NCBI GenBank assembly: GCA_014905635.1
Contig: CM026547.1
Location: 3,100,001-3,164,000, forward strand
DNA length: 64,000 nucleotides
From: Scenedesmus sp. PABB004
Lineage: Eukaryota
Direction: 5' to 3'
The notes beneath the pieces were generated by a model. The model worked only from the letters and a program-made list of their open reading frames with translations, ran no database searches and was not told where the DNA came from. Every line of letters starts with the position of its first letter. The first letter of the stretch is position 1. The position numbers were made by a program, and so were the translations under genes. Below, piece after piece: positions 45,801 to 57,919 of the stretch.

Positions 45801-47982
45801 CGAGCCGCTCGCGGCAGCGGCAGGCAGGGCGACCGCGTCAGTGCCAGCGGCCTGCGGCTGCTGCGGCCGGTGGCCCTCCTGCTGCTGGTGGCACTGCTGC
45901 TGCTGCGGTGGCGACTGCCGCGGCGACTGAGCCGCCAGGGCAAAGCCCGCCTCTGAGAGCCCCAGGCTGCCCATGGCAGCGGCGATGCTGCCGTGGCCCA
46001 TCGCCACAAACTCAGCCTTCAGCGCCTTGCGCAGCGCCGCCAGCTGCTGCACCTCTGCCAGCAGCGAGCTGAGGGTGGGGCCCTCGGCGGCGGCGACGAG
46101 GCCAGGTGCGGCCCCAGTCGACGCCACCGCCAGCTCCGCCAGCGGCGCGGCTGGCGCGGCCTCTGCCGTCAGGTCTGCTGGCACTTCCTCCAGCGCCGCC
46201 TCAGGCGCCGCGGCCGTCACCACCTCTGGCACTGCCGCCGCTGCCGCTGCCGCTGCCGCCGCGGGCGTTGTCGCCTCTGGAGCGTCCTGCGCAGCCTGCG
46301 GTGCTGCTGCCTCGACCGCTAGGCGCGCCGGCCCAGCCTCCGGGTCTGCGGGGCAGCCCGTCGGGCTGCAGGTGTCGCTCCACTCCTGCTCCTCCTGTGA
46401 CCTCGGCGGCGCTGCTGCCGCCTCTGCCAGCTCGCCCTGCACGGCTGCTAGCGGTGGACTGCCGCGGTCAGCGCTGGCGGCCGGGCTGGCGCGCCCGGAG
46501 GTGCTGGTGCCGTCGCACGCCGCGCCCTCGGCGGCCAGCTGCTCGTGCGCAGGCGACCAGCTGCCGCCAGCCGGGCGGGCCGGCGCCGCGGCGTCAGCGC
46601 GCGGGGTTGCGGCGCCTGCCGCCGGCGGCCAGGCGTGGTGCTCCGCGGACGTCGCGCGGTGAAGCCGCTCCATGGACTCCCGCAGCGCACACGCCACCTG
46701 CTCGGCGGAGCCGGAGAGCTGCTCCGAGCCGCCGGCGGCTGGCGGTGGCGGAGCGCAGGCGTTGCCGCTGCCACCGGCAGCGACAGGCAGGTGCGCGGCG
46801 TCGGCGGGGGGCTGCGCTGCTGATGCGCGCGCCGCCGCGGGCGGCGCCTGTGCCTGGGCCGGGGCCGCCTGGTCCACGCCGGGGGGAGGGTCCGCGTCGC
46901 CGCCCCCCGCGCCGCCCTCTGCCGCCGGCTGAGGCCCCTGCGCCGCCGCGTCGAGCAGCTGCATCATGCGCGCCGCCCACTTGGAGGTGGGCGAGCTCGC
47001 CAGCCCGCCGCCGCCGCCGCCACTGTCGCCGCCGCCGCCGCCGAGCGGCTCCGCGACCTCCTGCAAGGGCGGCGGCAGCGGCGGCCAGCCCGCGCCGGCC
47101 GCGCCGTCCAGCAGCAGCGCGGCGGCCGCGCCGCCGCCCTTGGCGCGGGTCATGCCCGGCCGCCGCCAGGCGGCCTGCCCCGCCGGCGCCTGCTCCGCCG
47201 CCGCCTGCTGGTGGCGCAGCAGCTCCTCAAATCCCGCCTCGGCAGCCAGCTTGAGCTCCTGCCACGATAACGCGTCGGCCGCCGGCTGCTCGTCGCAGGG
47301 CTGCGGTGCCGCAGCGCGAGGGTGAGGTGCGGGGCGGGCGGGAGCCGCTCCACCCCCGGCGCGCACGTCTGCCGCCGCGCCGCGCGCACCTTGCCGCCGG
47401 CGCACGCCGCGTCGCGCTGGCGTGCGATGTACTGCTTCAGGCCCTCGCTCCACGCGCGGCGCTGGCGGTCGAGGTCGGCCGGCGGCACCGCCCCGCCGCC
47501 CGCCGACGCCGCGCGCGGCTGCGAGCTGCCCGGCGGCGGCGTGCGCGCGCGCGCGCCGGCGCCCTTTCGCAGGATGGCCCGCTGAGGCGCGGCCGGCGCC
47601 GCCGCGGGGTTGCGCATGAGCTCGTCCATGCGCGCACGCTCCGCGCGGCGCCGCTCCAGCGCCGCCTGCGCCTGCGGCGCGCGCGCGCGGGCGCGTCGGC
47701 GGCGGCGCGCGCCGGCGTGTCGGAGAGAGCGCGCGGAGAGCGCGCGGCGGCGCGCCCACCTCGGCGTGCCGCTCGTCTTCAAGCCGCCGGCCGGCGTCCT
47801 CGTAGCGCCTGCGGCCGCGGGCGCGCGGCGACGGCGGCGGCGGCGCGCGTGTTGGCACGCGCGCAGCGCGCGCTCGCCCGCTCCCCGCGCGGCGTGCCGC
47901 ACCGCCGCCGTTCCTCGTTGTCCTTGATGCTCGCCTTCCAGCGCAGCTCCTGGCTCGCGCGCATGCTGCCCCCTGCCGGCAT
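42777..47982 (-). CDS. Large low-complexity hypothetical protein with N-terminal coiled coil
   Basis: About 4.5 kb open terminal exon ending GSIRVYKPGLLL*; upstream exons QELRWKASIKDNEERR / RYEDAGRRLEDERHAE / AQAALERRRAERARMDELMRNP. Start uncertain (47982-48216). Confidence 0.65.
45664..45762 (-). repeat. (CAGCCG)n hexanucleotide repeat encoding poly(Pro-Gln)
   Basis: About 16 perfect ggctgc units on the plus strand. Confidence 0.9.
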
Positions 47983-48402
47983 GGCCTCGCCGCCGCGTCC
48001 GCGTCGTCACGGCGCCGCGCCGCGCGGGCTGCGCATGCGCATGGCGCCCGCCCTGGCCGCCGGGGCCTCGCTGGACGGGCGGGGCAGCTCCCGGCGCCCG
48101 GCGCGCAGCCGGCCGTCGGCCGAGCAGCGGCGGTCAACGCTGCTGTTCGCGCCGCCCGCGCCGGCGCTCCTCGGGCGCGCCTCGCGCGCTGCCGGCGGCG
48201 CCGCAGCGGCCTGCATCTCTCTGCCCGGCTGCTGCGCGGCGGCGCCAGCAGCGCCCGCTCCACCACCTAAGACCGCCGCGCAGACCCGCCGCTGCAGCCG
48301 ACGCGCGCCGCCGCACTTGAGCGCGCGCGCGCGCCTCCCAGCCCGCTCGCGCTCTCCCCGCGGCCCTCCCAGCTCCCACCACACCCCCCGGCGCCATCAG
48401 CC

Positions 48403-50751
48403 ATGCAGCTGGCGCAGCAGCAGTGCGTCGCGGGCGCGCGGTGCGTGGGTGGCCGCGCCGCGGCCGCCCTGCCCCGCCTGCCCCGGGCGGCGTGCCGCGG
48501 CAGCGTGAGGTCGCGCGTGGCGGCGGTGGACCCGCCGGCGGTGGCCACGGATGAGCGCGGCTTCGCGCTCAAGGCGGTGCGTGCGCAGCCCCTCGCTGCG
48601 CCCGCACTCCCGCCCGCCCGCGCCTCCCCGGCGCGCGCCGCGGCGCCCCGGAGCTGCGTCCCGCCGCGCCTGGGCCGATGCCGGCCCGCCGCGCCCGGCG
48701 CGCCCACGCCTGGCCCGCCGCGCCCGCCTGATGGCCGGCCCACAGGACGGCTCCTACGACCTCTCCGCGGCCCCGCCGTTCAGCCTCAGCGACATTCGCA
48801 ACGCCATTCCCGCTCACTGCTGGGTGAAGGACACCAAGGTGAGGGTTTGGGCCCCCCCGCGCCGCCGCTCCGGCGCCGCCGCTGGCGCGCCCCGGCCCCG
48901 CCCGCGCGCGCGCGCGGCGGCCGAGCCCCCGCGCCGCCGCGCCCGCAGCGCTCCATCGCGCACCTGGCGCTGGACGTGGGCATCGTGGCGGGGCTCGCGT
49001 ACGCGGCCTTCACCGTCAACGCCTGGTGCGCGCGGCGCCGGGCGCGCCGCCGCCTTGCAGGACGGCGCGCGCCGCGCGGCGACGCGGCCGGCGCCGGCGC
49101 CGACGCGTCGCGCGCCCGGCTCGCAGGTGGGCGTGGCCGCTGTACTGGGTCGCGCAGGGCACGATGTTCTGGGCGCTCTTTGTGGTCGGCCACGACTGCG
49201 GGCACCAGTCGTTCAGCAACAACCGCGACCTCAACGACCTCGTCGGCAACATCGCGCACGCAAGCATCCTCGTGCCCTACCACGGCTGGCGCGTGAGCCA
49301 CCGCAAGCACCACGGCAACCACGGGCACGTCGAGAACGACGAGTCGTGGCACCCGACCACCAAGAGCCAGATCGACGAGATGGTGCGCGGCGCGCCGCGC
49401 CTGCAGCGCCAGCAGCGCCAGCGGCAGCGGCGCCGCGCAGCAGCGCCGCGCGGCAGCAGCGCGCGCGGCAGCGGCGCCCCGCGGCAGCAGCGCCCCGCGG
49501 CGGCAGCGCCGGCAGCGCCATCAGCGCGAGCCGCGCTCACGCGCCGCGCCGCCGGCGGTCGCCGCAGGAGCCGATGGGCCGCCTGGGCCGCCTCAAGTTC
49601 CCGTGGCCGCTCTTTGCGTTCCCCTTCTACCTCTGGGCGCGCTCCCCGGGTGCGGCGCCGCGCAGCAGCAGCACGTCGCGCGCGCGCGCCCCGCCGCGCC
49701 CCACGCGCCCCACGCGCCCCGCCGCACGCACGCGCACGCTCACGCGCCCCACGCGTCCCCGCGCGCGCGCGCGCAGGCAAGCAGGGCAGCCACTACGACC
49801 CCGGCTGCGACCTCTTCCAGCCGAGCGAGCGGCGCATGGTGCTCACGAGCGACGCGTTCATGCTGGGCATGCTGGGCGTGCTCGCCGCGTGCACCGCCAA
49901 GCTCGGCGTGGTCGCGATGTTCAACCTCTACTTTGTGCCCTGTGAGCAGCGGCGGCGCGGCGCCGGGGGCGGGCTGCGGGCGGCGCTGGCGGCGTGCTGC
50001 GGGCGCGGCGCCGCGGACGGCGGGCGGCGGCGACAGCAGCAGCGGCCAGCGCCGCGCAGCGCAGCGCGCGCCTGGGGAGTCCCCTCCCTCGCCTGCCTCT
50101 CACCCGTCGCCGTTGCCCGCGCGGGGGATGGCCAGACTGGGTGAACGTGATGTGGCTGGACATCGTGACGTACCTGCACCACCACGGCTCGGACAACCCT
50201 GGCGAGAAGATGCCCTGGTACCGCGGCGAGGAGTGGAGCTACCTGCGCGGCGGCCTGACCACGCTCGACCGCGACTACGGCATCTTCAACAAGATCCACC
50301 ACGACATCGGCACCCACGTGGTCCACCACCTGGTGCGGCGGCCGCGCCGCCGCCCGCCGCCCGCCGCCCGCCGCCCGTGCCGCCCGCCGCCCGCCGCCCG
50401 CCGCCCGCCGCCCGCGCCCGCGCCCGCGACGCCGCCCGCGCCGCCGTCCCCCTCGCGCCCCTCGCCCGCGCCCGTGGCCCGCGCGCACCCGCCCCCGTCC
50501 CCTGTCCCGCGCTCACCCGTCCCCCCCCCCCCCCCCCCCCCCCGCAGTTCCCCCAGATCCCCCACTACCACCTCGAGGCCGCGACCGAGGCGGCCAAGGG
50601 CGTGATGGGGCCGTACTACCGCGAGCCCGCCAAGAGCCCCGGCCCGCTGCCCACGCACCTGTGGGCGCCGCTCGTGCGCAGCTTCAACAACGACCACTAC
50701 GTCCCAGACAGCGGTGACATCGTCTTTTACGAGCGCGACGCGCGCGTGTAG
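48403..50751 (+). CDS. FAD7: Plastid omega-3 fatty acid desaturase
   Basis: Transit peptide; [17 protein letters not shown]; His boxes [33 protein letters not shown]; 8 exons. Confidence 0.95.
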
Positions 50752-51356
50752 GGCGCCGCGCGTGTAGCGCGCGCGTACGCGCATTCAGTGCGCGCGTGTG
50801 CGGAGTGCATAATGTGCGCGCGCGCGCGGAGCGAGCGCGCGGCGGCGGCGCGCCCTCCCCGCCGGACGCACGCGGCGCCCCCGGGCGCGCGTGTCTTGTC
50901 ACAACGCAAGCACACATTCATTGTTTGCGGCGGGCGGGCGCGCGCCGCCGCGCGCCGCGCCGCGCCGTGAGCAGCAGCAGCAGCAGCCTGTCGTGGGCGC
51001 GCGCGGTGTCGCCGATCAGCGGCGCCGCCGCGCCGCGCCCGGCCCCACACCAATCAATCGTTTAAAGTGTAGCGCCCATTCACTTGGGCGGTCGTGAGCT
51101 GCCCCGCGGACGCGGGCGAGAGCCGCCGTCGGACGGGCGAGGGCCCCAGCCCCGCCCCTCGTGCTGCCGTGCCGGACCCCGGCAGGGTTCAGAGGAGTGC
51201 TGGTTTCGTTCTTAGCTGAGAGCGGAGGAGGAGCTGCGCCAGCGGGCCTGCGGCCGCCGCGCTGGAATCAGGCGGCGGCGCCGCCGCAGGCCGCACTCAG
51301 GGTAACCCGTCGTGTGTTACCCTTGCCGCACGCGCGCGCGGCGCCCGCCCGCGCGC

Positions 51357-53156
51357 TCAGCCGAGCGGCGCCGCGTGCTTGCCGCGCCTCACGGGCGCGA
51401 GCGCCTCCTCGAGCGCGTCGGCGGCGCCCGCCGCGACGAGGTGCGCGCAGAGCACGAGCGCGTCGACCCACGCGTCGGCGGCGTCGCCGTCGTCTGCGAC
51501 CAGGTAGGTGCCGGCGGGGCTGGCCGCCGTGCTCACCCAGATGCCGCCGCCCTCGGGCAGGCTCGGCTCCGCGCAGCGCCGCACCGCGAGCAGCTCGCGC
51601 AGCGGCAGCACGAGCGGCTCGTCGTCGCCGCCGCCCCCGCCGCCGCCGCCCGCGCGCTGCTGGCTCGCCGACGGCACGCCTGCGGCGCGGCGTGGGCCCC
51701 GCGGGGGAGCAGGGGAGGCGTGGGGCCGTGCGGCGCCGGCGCGCGGCGGCGCGCGCGCGCGCGCGCAACGACCACCCCGCACCCGCGCCGGCGGTTGAGA
51801 GCGAGGTCTCCATGCTGCTCGCCTGGCGCAGGCTGTGCTGGTCCAGCACAAACCAGTCGCGGCGCCACGTCTCGGTCACGGTGCCGATGGAGCGCGCGCG
51901 CGGCGCGGACAGGTGCCCCGCGCGCAGGAACGGCAGCGGCAGCATCGCGCGCACGACGGAGAGCGACTTGCGGTAGATGTCACGCGCCGGCGCCAGGGCG
52001 TGCGCGAGCGCGATGTACTGTGCCGCGCCGGCGAGCAGCCCGCGCACTGCGTGCTCGCGCGCGCCGCGCGACGGCGGCGCGTCTGGCGGCGGCGGCGAAG
52101 CGGCGAGGCGGCGAGGCGGCGGCGGGGCGTCAGCGGGGGCTGCGGGGCGCGCGCCCGCCGCGCCGGCGCCGCCGGCGCCGTGGCTGCGGCGCGCACCCGC
52201 TGCGCCCTGCAGGGCCATGGCAAAGGTGTAGAACACGGTGCCCAGGTTGTACGTGCCGCGGTCAAAGTCGGGCCGGCCGCGCAGCGCGAGCCTGAACTTG
52301 TCCATCGCGCCCCGCACCAGCGCGTCGCGCTCGCCCCAGCTGCGCGCGTCCGACGACAGCTCCTGCGCGCGCGCGCCGCGGCGCCGCCGCGGTTGGCTGC
52401 GCCCGGCCGCGCCGCCGCGGGCCCCCCTTCCCTCCCCTGCGCGCGCCCGCTGCGAGAGGGGGAGGGCTGCCCACCCACCTGCAGCACGAGGCCCCAGTTG
52501 TTGAGCGCCTGCGGGTTGCGCGGGTGCAGCTGCAGCGAGCGCGCGTACTTTTGGGACGCGAGGTGCAGCGCGGCGGTCGCCTCGGCGGGGCTGCCCGCCT
52601 TGACCGCGCGCGCGAGGTCGCTGAGCGCGACGCCCCAGTTGTACAGTGCCGCGTGCGCGGCGGGCCGGAGCGCGAGCGCCGCCTCGTAGCGCGCGCACGC
52701 CGTGCGCAGCATCGCCGCCTGCTCGGCCGAGCCCGGCGGCAGCTTGCCGCTGAGCTCCTGCAGCACCAGGCCGTGGTTGTACAGGCCCTCAAAGTCGCCC
52801 GGCTGCTCCGCCGTGGCGACGGCGTACTGGCGCGCCGCAAACGCGAGCTCGCGCACGTGCAGGTCCGCGTCCTCCGCGAGCGCCGCGAGCGGCGGCTGCG
52901 CGGCGGGTGCGGGTGCGGGTGCGGCGCGCGCGGGCGTGGGCGGGCGTGCGAGGGGAGGGGAGGGGCTGCGCGTGTTCCGCGTGGCGGGCGCCGGCACGCC
53001 GCCGCCGCCTGCACAGCGCCGCCGCCAAACCTGCAGCGCGCCGCCGATGAGCGCGCCCGACAGCGTCGCGCACGCGCGCTTGAGCTCCTCTCCGCCAAAG
53101 GAGGCCTTGAAGCCGTCGCAGCGAGCCTCCAGCTCCGCCGCCAGCGCGTCCGCCAT
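51357..53156 (-). CDS. HLB1-like TPR protein with C-terminal PH-like domain
   Basis: TPRs LYNHGLVLQE, LYNWGVALSD, PQALNNWGLVLQE, TYNLGTVFY; then LPLPFLRAGHLSAP, WRRDWFVLD and TYLVADDGDAADAWVDAL. Confidence 0.85.
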
Positions 53157-53564
53157 CGCGCCGCGGCGCCGCTGCTGCGCCGCGCGCCGGCCCGCGCCGC
53201 CCGCTGCCCCGCAAGCCCGGCCGCTGCGCTCACGCGGAGCCCACGATGTCGCTGTGGCGCCCGCAGGGCGCAGGGCCGCCGGCGGCGCTCGCCGGGCGCG
53301 CGGCGCGGTCGACAGCGGCGCGCGTGATGCGGGTGGGGGCGCAGCGGTTGCGGCGGGTGGCGGCGTGCGCTGCGGGGGCCTGCTCTGGGCTGCAGTGACT
53401 GCCCTGCACGCCTACGGCCACAGGCCAGGCGCGGCCGGCTGAGCCCTGCGCCGCGTGCGACGCTCGTCAGTCGGCGCCGCCGCCGTCGATGGCCGCGGCG
53501 CCGCAGCTCGCCCGCCACACCGGGGGCGTGGGCGTGCTGCACTAGGTCCAGGGTGCGGGCCGCC

Positions 53565-56500
53565 ATGCTCGAGGGGCTCACGTTCGGCGACAAGGCCTCT
53601 CTCGAGGCCGAGGCCGCCCGCGCCGAGGCGGAGGCCCGGGAGGCCGCGCGGGCGCGCAAGGCGGCCAAGAAGAAGCAGAAGAAGGCGCGGCACCAGCGCC
53701 GGCGCCGGCGGCCGGCGCGGCGGCGGCAGCAGCAGCAGGGCGCTCACGCTGCCGCGCCGCCGCTCGCGCAGGAGCGGAAAAAGCACAAGAAGGAGAAGGG
53801 CAGGAAGCACCGGGACCGAGATGCCTCCTCTGGTGCGGCGCGCGGCTGCGCGGCTTACGGCGGCGCTGGCCGGCAGCAGCGCCGCGCGCCCGCGCCCCCG
53901 CCCACCGCGCCCCTCCGCCGCCGCCCGCAGGCTCCGACAGCGGTGGCGCCTCCAGCGACGACGCTGGCGCGCGGCAGCGCCGGCGCAGCGGCAGCGCCAG
54001 CCCCGGCGGCGCCGGCGACGGCGAGGCGCAGCCGGCCAAGGCGCAGCGCGAGGACTGGATGACGGTGCCAATGAAGTCCTCCCTCTTCCAGGCGGACCAG
54101 CCCAAGCAGCCGGAGAAGCCGCCCGAGGTGGGGCCGCGCGGGCGCGGGCGCGGGCAGCCGCGCTGCGTGCGGCGCGGCCGAGCTGCTGACGACGGCTCGG
54201 TTGCCCGCTGCCGCCCTGCAGCCGGAGGAGGCGCCGGTCGTGTTTGGCATTCGCTACAAGAGCGCGGAGCAGGAGAAGGCGGCGGCGGAGCGAGCCGCCG
54301 CGCGCGAGGCCGCCGTCGCGGCCGCCGGCGCCGCCGGCGCGGCGGGCGGCGCGGCGGGCGTGTCGTGGCGCGTGCGCGCGCTGCAGCGCGCGCAGCAGCT
54401 GGCCAAGGAGGAGGGCCGCGACCTCAACGAGGTGCGCGCAGGGCGCGCTGCGCCCCGCCCCCGCCCCCTGCAACGCGGCGGCGCTGGCGCCAACGGCGCC
54501 GGCGGAGACTGCTGCCCGCGGCCGCCGACGCCGACGCCGGCGCCTGCGCCATGCCGCCGCCGCCCGCACGGCAGGTGCTGACCGAGCGCTGGGGCTCTGC
54601 CGCCGAGCTGGCCAAGGGCATCATCGACGGCGCCGCGAGCCTGGGCGCGCCCGGCGCCGGCGGCGGCGAGCGGGAACGCGAGCGCGAGCGCGGCGGCGGC
54701 CAACGCGAGCGCGGCGGCGGCGGCGGCCGGGACGGGCCCACGCCCCACTACCTGTCCAGCATGCGGTCGGAGCAGCTGGCGATGCGGCGCCCCGCCGGCG
54801 CCGGCGTCGGCGGCAGCAAGCTGTCGTGGCGGCGGCCGGACCCCGCGGGCGCGGGTGGCGCCCGCGGCGGCGAGCGCGGCGACAGGGGCGGGCGCGAGGC
54901 AGAGTCCGGCGACGGCGGCCGGGCGCGCGAGCGCGAGGACCAGCGCGGCGAGCAGCGCGACGGCAGGCGCGACAGCCGGCGTGACAGCCGGCACGAGCCG
55001 GAGCGGGAGCCGGGCCGCGAGCACGAGCGGCAGCCGGCGCGCGAGCGGGAGCGGGAGCAGCAGCCGGACCGCGAGCGGGAGCGGGAGCGGGAGCGCGAGC
55101 GGGAGCGCGAGCGCGAGCGGCAGCCGGACCGCGAGCGGCAGCAGCTGCGGCCAGACCGTGAGCGGGAGCAGGACCGCGACCGGCGCGGCGGCCCGCCGCG
55201 GGACGACCGCGACCGCGACCGGCGCGGCGGCCCGCCGCGCGACGACCGCGGCGGCGGCGGCGGCAGGGGCGGCGGCGGCGGCAGGGGCGACTGGCGCTCG
55301 AGGCGCGAGCAGGCGCAGCAGCAGCAGGAGCAGGTGCGTGGCCGCTTTGGCTGGCGCGGCGCGGCGGCAGGCTGGGGCGGCGCCGCCCCGCCCTCCGCCA
55401 CTGACTCTGCCGCCCGCCGACTGCTGCGTCGCCGCCGCCGCCGCGCGGCCGCGCCAGGCCCAGATGGTGGCCGCGCTGCAGGCCGTGGCGGGCAGCCTGA
55501 ACACGTTCAAGAACGACGGCTCGTTCATGCGCCAGCTCGCCCAGCAGCAGGGCGGCGGCAGCGCCGGCGCCAGCCCCGCCAGCCCCGGCGCCCAGCGCGG
55601 CAGCCGCTCGCCCTCGCCCGGCGCGCCCGCAGCGGCGGGCGCGCGCGGCGGCGGCGACGTGGAGATGGCCGACGCGGCGGGCGGCGGCGGCGGCGAGCCG
55701 CCGCTGGGCGCGGCGCCCAAGCTCGTCGCGGCCGCGGGCGCGCCGCCGGCGGGCGGCGGCGAGCCGCCCAGCAACCGCAGCACGGCGGAGCTGCTCCGCG
55801 CGCGCCTGGCCGGCAAGGCGCCTGCAGCCGCAAGCGGCGCCGGCGGGAACCGCTCGTCGCAAACGCGCTGCGCGCGCGGCTGGGCGGCAAGGCGCCGCCC
55901 GCCGCCGCCGCGGGCGCCGAGGGCGGCAAGCCCGCGCGCGAGGTGGTGGTGCTGCCGCTGGTGGACGCGGAGGGCCGCGCGATGCCGGGCGCGTTTGGGC
56001 GCGAGAGCGCGGCGCAGGCGCAGCGCGCGCGCGAGGCGGCGGCGGGCGGGCGCGTGCCCAAGCGCGTGCAGCGCTACGGCGCCGGCGGCGAGCGGGAGCG
56101 CTACTTTGCGGACGACGACAACGTGGACCTGCAGGCGCGCGGCGCGCGGCGCGCGGCGCGGCGCGGCGCGGCGCGGCGGGGCGCGCACGCGGCGCCGGCG
56201 GGCGTGCGCGTGCGCGGCCGCGTGCGGGCGCCGCGCGCCCGGCGGCGCGCACGCCGACGCCGCCGGCGGGCGCCGCGGCGCGCAGACGCTGGTCAAGCGC
56301 GCGAAGCACGGCGACGACGCGATGGATGGCCTCGACGCGACGATGGCGACCAACATTGCCCGCACCGCGCGCTTCAAGGAGGCCGACCTCGACGCTGACG
56401 CAGAGTACGACCACGACGCGGGGCTGGAGATGTGAGCCCGCGCGCGCGCGCGCGCACGCGGGCTGGGGCGCGACCACCGCGGCGCGGCCGCGCTCTGGCC

Positions 56501-57488
56501 AGGGCACAGGGACTGGCGGTCCCGCGCGCTGCGCGCTGCGCGCCGAGCGACGCCGCCCGCCGCCCGCCGCCGCGCCGCGGCGCAGGAGCGACAAGCGCCG
56601 GCGCGGCGACGCGCAGCAGCAGCGCGTGCGCGAGCGGCAGCGCCAGGTCGCGCAGTTCAACCGCGCGCAGCGCCTCGAGGACAGCTGCACGCTCTGCTTC
56701 AGCAGCCCCGCGCGGCCGCGCGACCTCGCCGTCGCGGTGGGCCAGGCGACCTACCTGGCGCTTGTGCAGCGCGGCAGCCTCGCGGAGGGCCACTGCTGCA
56801 TCGTGCCCGCGGAGCACACGCCCAGCATCCGCCAGGTGCGGCCCGCCCGCCCGCTGGCGCCCGCGCCCGCCCGCGCGCGCTGCCCGCTGCGCGCTGCGCG
56901 CGGCGCGGCTGCGCCGGCGCCTATCGACCCCCGGCCGCGACCGCCGCCGCCGTGGCCGCCGCGCAGCTCGACGATGCGGCGTGGGAGGAGGTGCGCAACT
57001 TCCAAAAGTGCCTCATTCGCATGTTTATGGCGGGCGGGCAGGAGGTGGTGTTCATCGAGACGGCGATGGGCCTCGGCACGCGCCGGCACCACGCGCGGCT
57101 CGAGGCGGTGCCGCTCGGCGCCGACGCGTTTGCCAAGGCGCCGCTCTACTTCAAGAAGGCGCTCGCCGAGAGCGAGAGCGAGTGGGCGCAGCACGCGGCC
57201 AAGGCGGTCATCGAGACGGGGCCCAAGGGCCTGCGCGGCGCGGTGCCGCCCAACTTCCCCTACGTCTTCGTGCAGTTTGGCTGGGGCCGCGGCTTTGTGC
57301 ACGTCATCGACGACGAGGCGCGCTTCGACGCCGACCTCGCGCGCCAGGTGCTCGTCGGCCTGCTGAAGCTGCCGCCCGAGGCGATGCACCGCCGCCAGCG
57401 CGCCGAGCCGCGCGCCGTGCAGGCCGCGGCCGCCGCCGCGCTGCGCAAGCGATTTGCGCCTTACGACTGGACCACGGCGCTCGGCTGA
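53565..57488 (+). CDS. CWF19L2: CWF19-like protein 2 (CwfJ C-terminal domains; intron-lariat spliceosome factor)
   Basis: CTLCF, GHCCIVPAEH, WEEVRNFQKCLIRMF, VVFIET, APLYFKKAL..ESEWAQH, PPNFPYVFVQF, GFVHVIDD, FAPYDWT. Apparent 1-bp frameshift at ~55856. Confidence 0.9.
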
Positions 57489-57919
57489 GCGGCGGGCGGG
57501 CGGCGCGCGGGCGCGGGCGCGGGGGTCTGCGCGCTCGGGGGCGCCGGCAGCGCTGTGTTGCGGCGGCGGCGCCGCGCAGGCGCGCGCATCATGCAACGGC
57601 ACGAACCAACACCCGCGCGTGACGGGTCGCAGCAGCGGCAGCGACGGCCGGCGCCCGGGCGGCGGCGGCGCAAGGCAGCCCAGGCCCCGGCGCCGCCTGA
57701 CCGCCTGCCCCCCCCCCTCCCGTGTGTGCGCCACTCCCGTTCCGTCCAGCCGGCCTGCGGCCCCAGCAGGTGCGCGGCGCGGCCGCAGCCGGCAGCAGAA
57801 AGGCGATCTGCGGCCCTTCACGACGCCGCGCGCCGGCGCCTCTCACGCCGCGGCCGCGCCTTCGCAGATCTCAACGCCCCCCGGCCGCAGCGCGTGCGGG
57901 CGCAGCGCAGCGGGCCGCG

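Noticed and set aside
24220..50543. Long C/G homopolymers (e.g. ~24220-24243, ~25657-25675, ~40753-40769, ~50521-50543) and intronic 18-21-bp tandem repeats (~3400-3460, ~34720-34830, ~35250-35315)
   Set aside because: Ordinary slippage products in GC-rich introns and intergenic DNA; no specific function can be supported.
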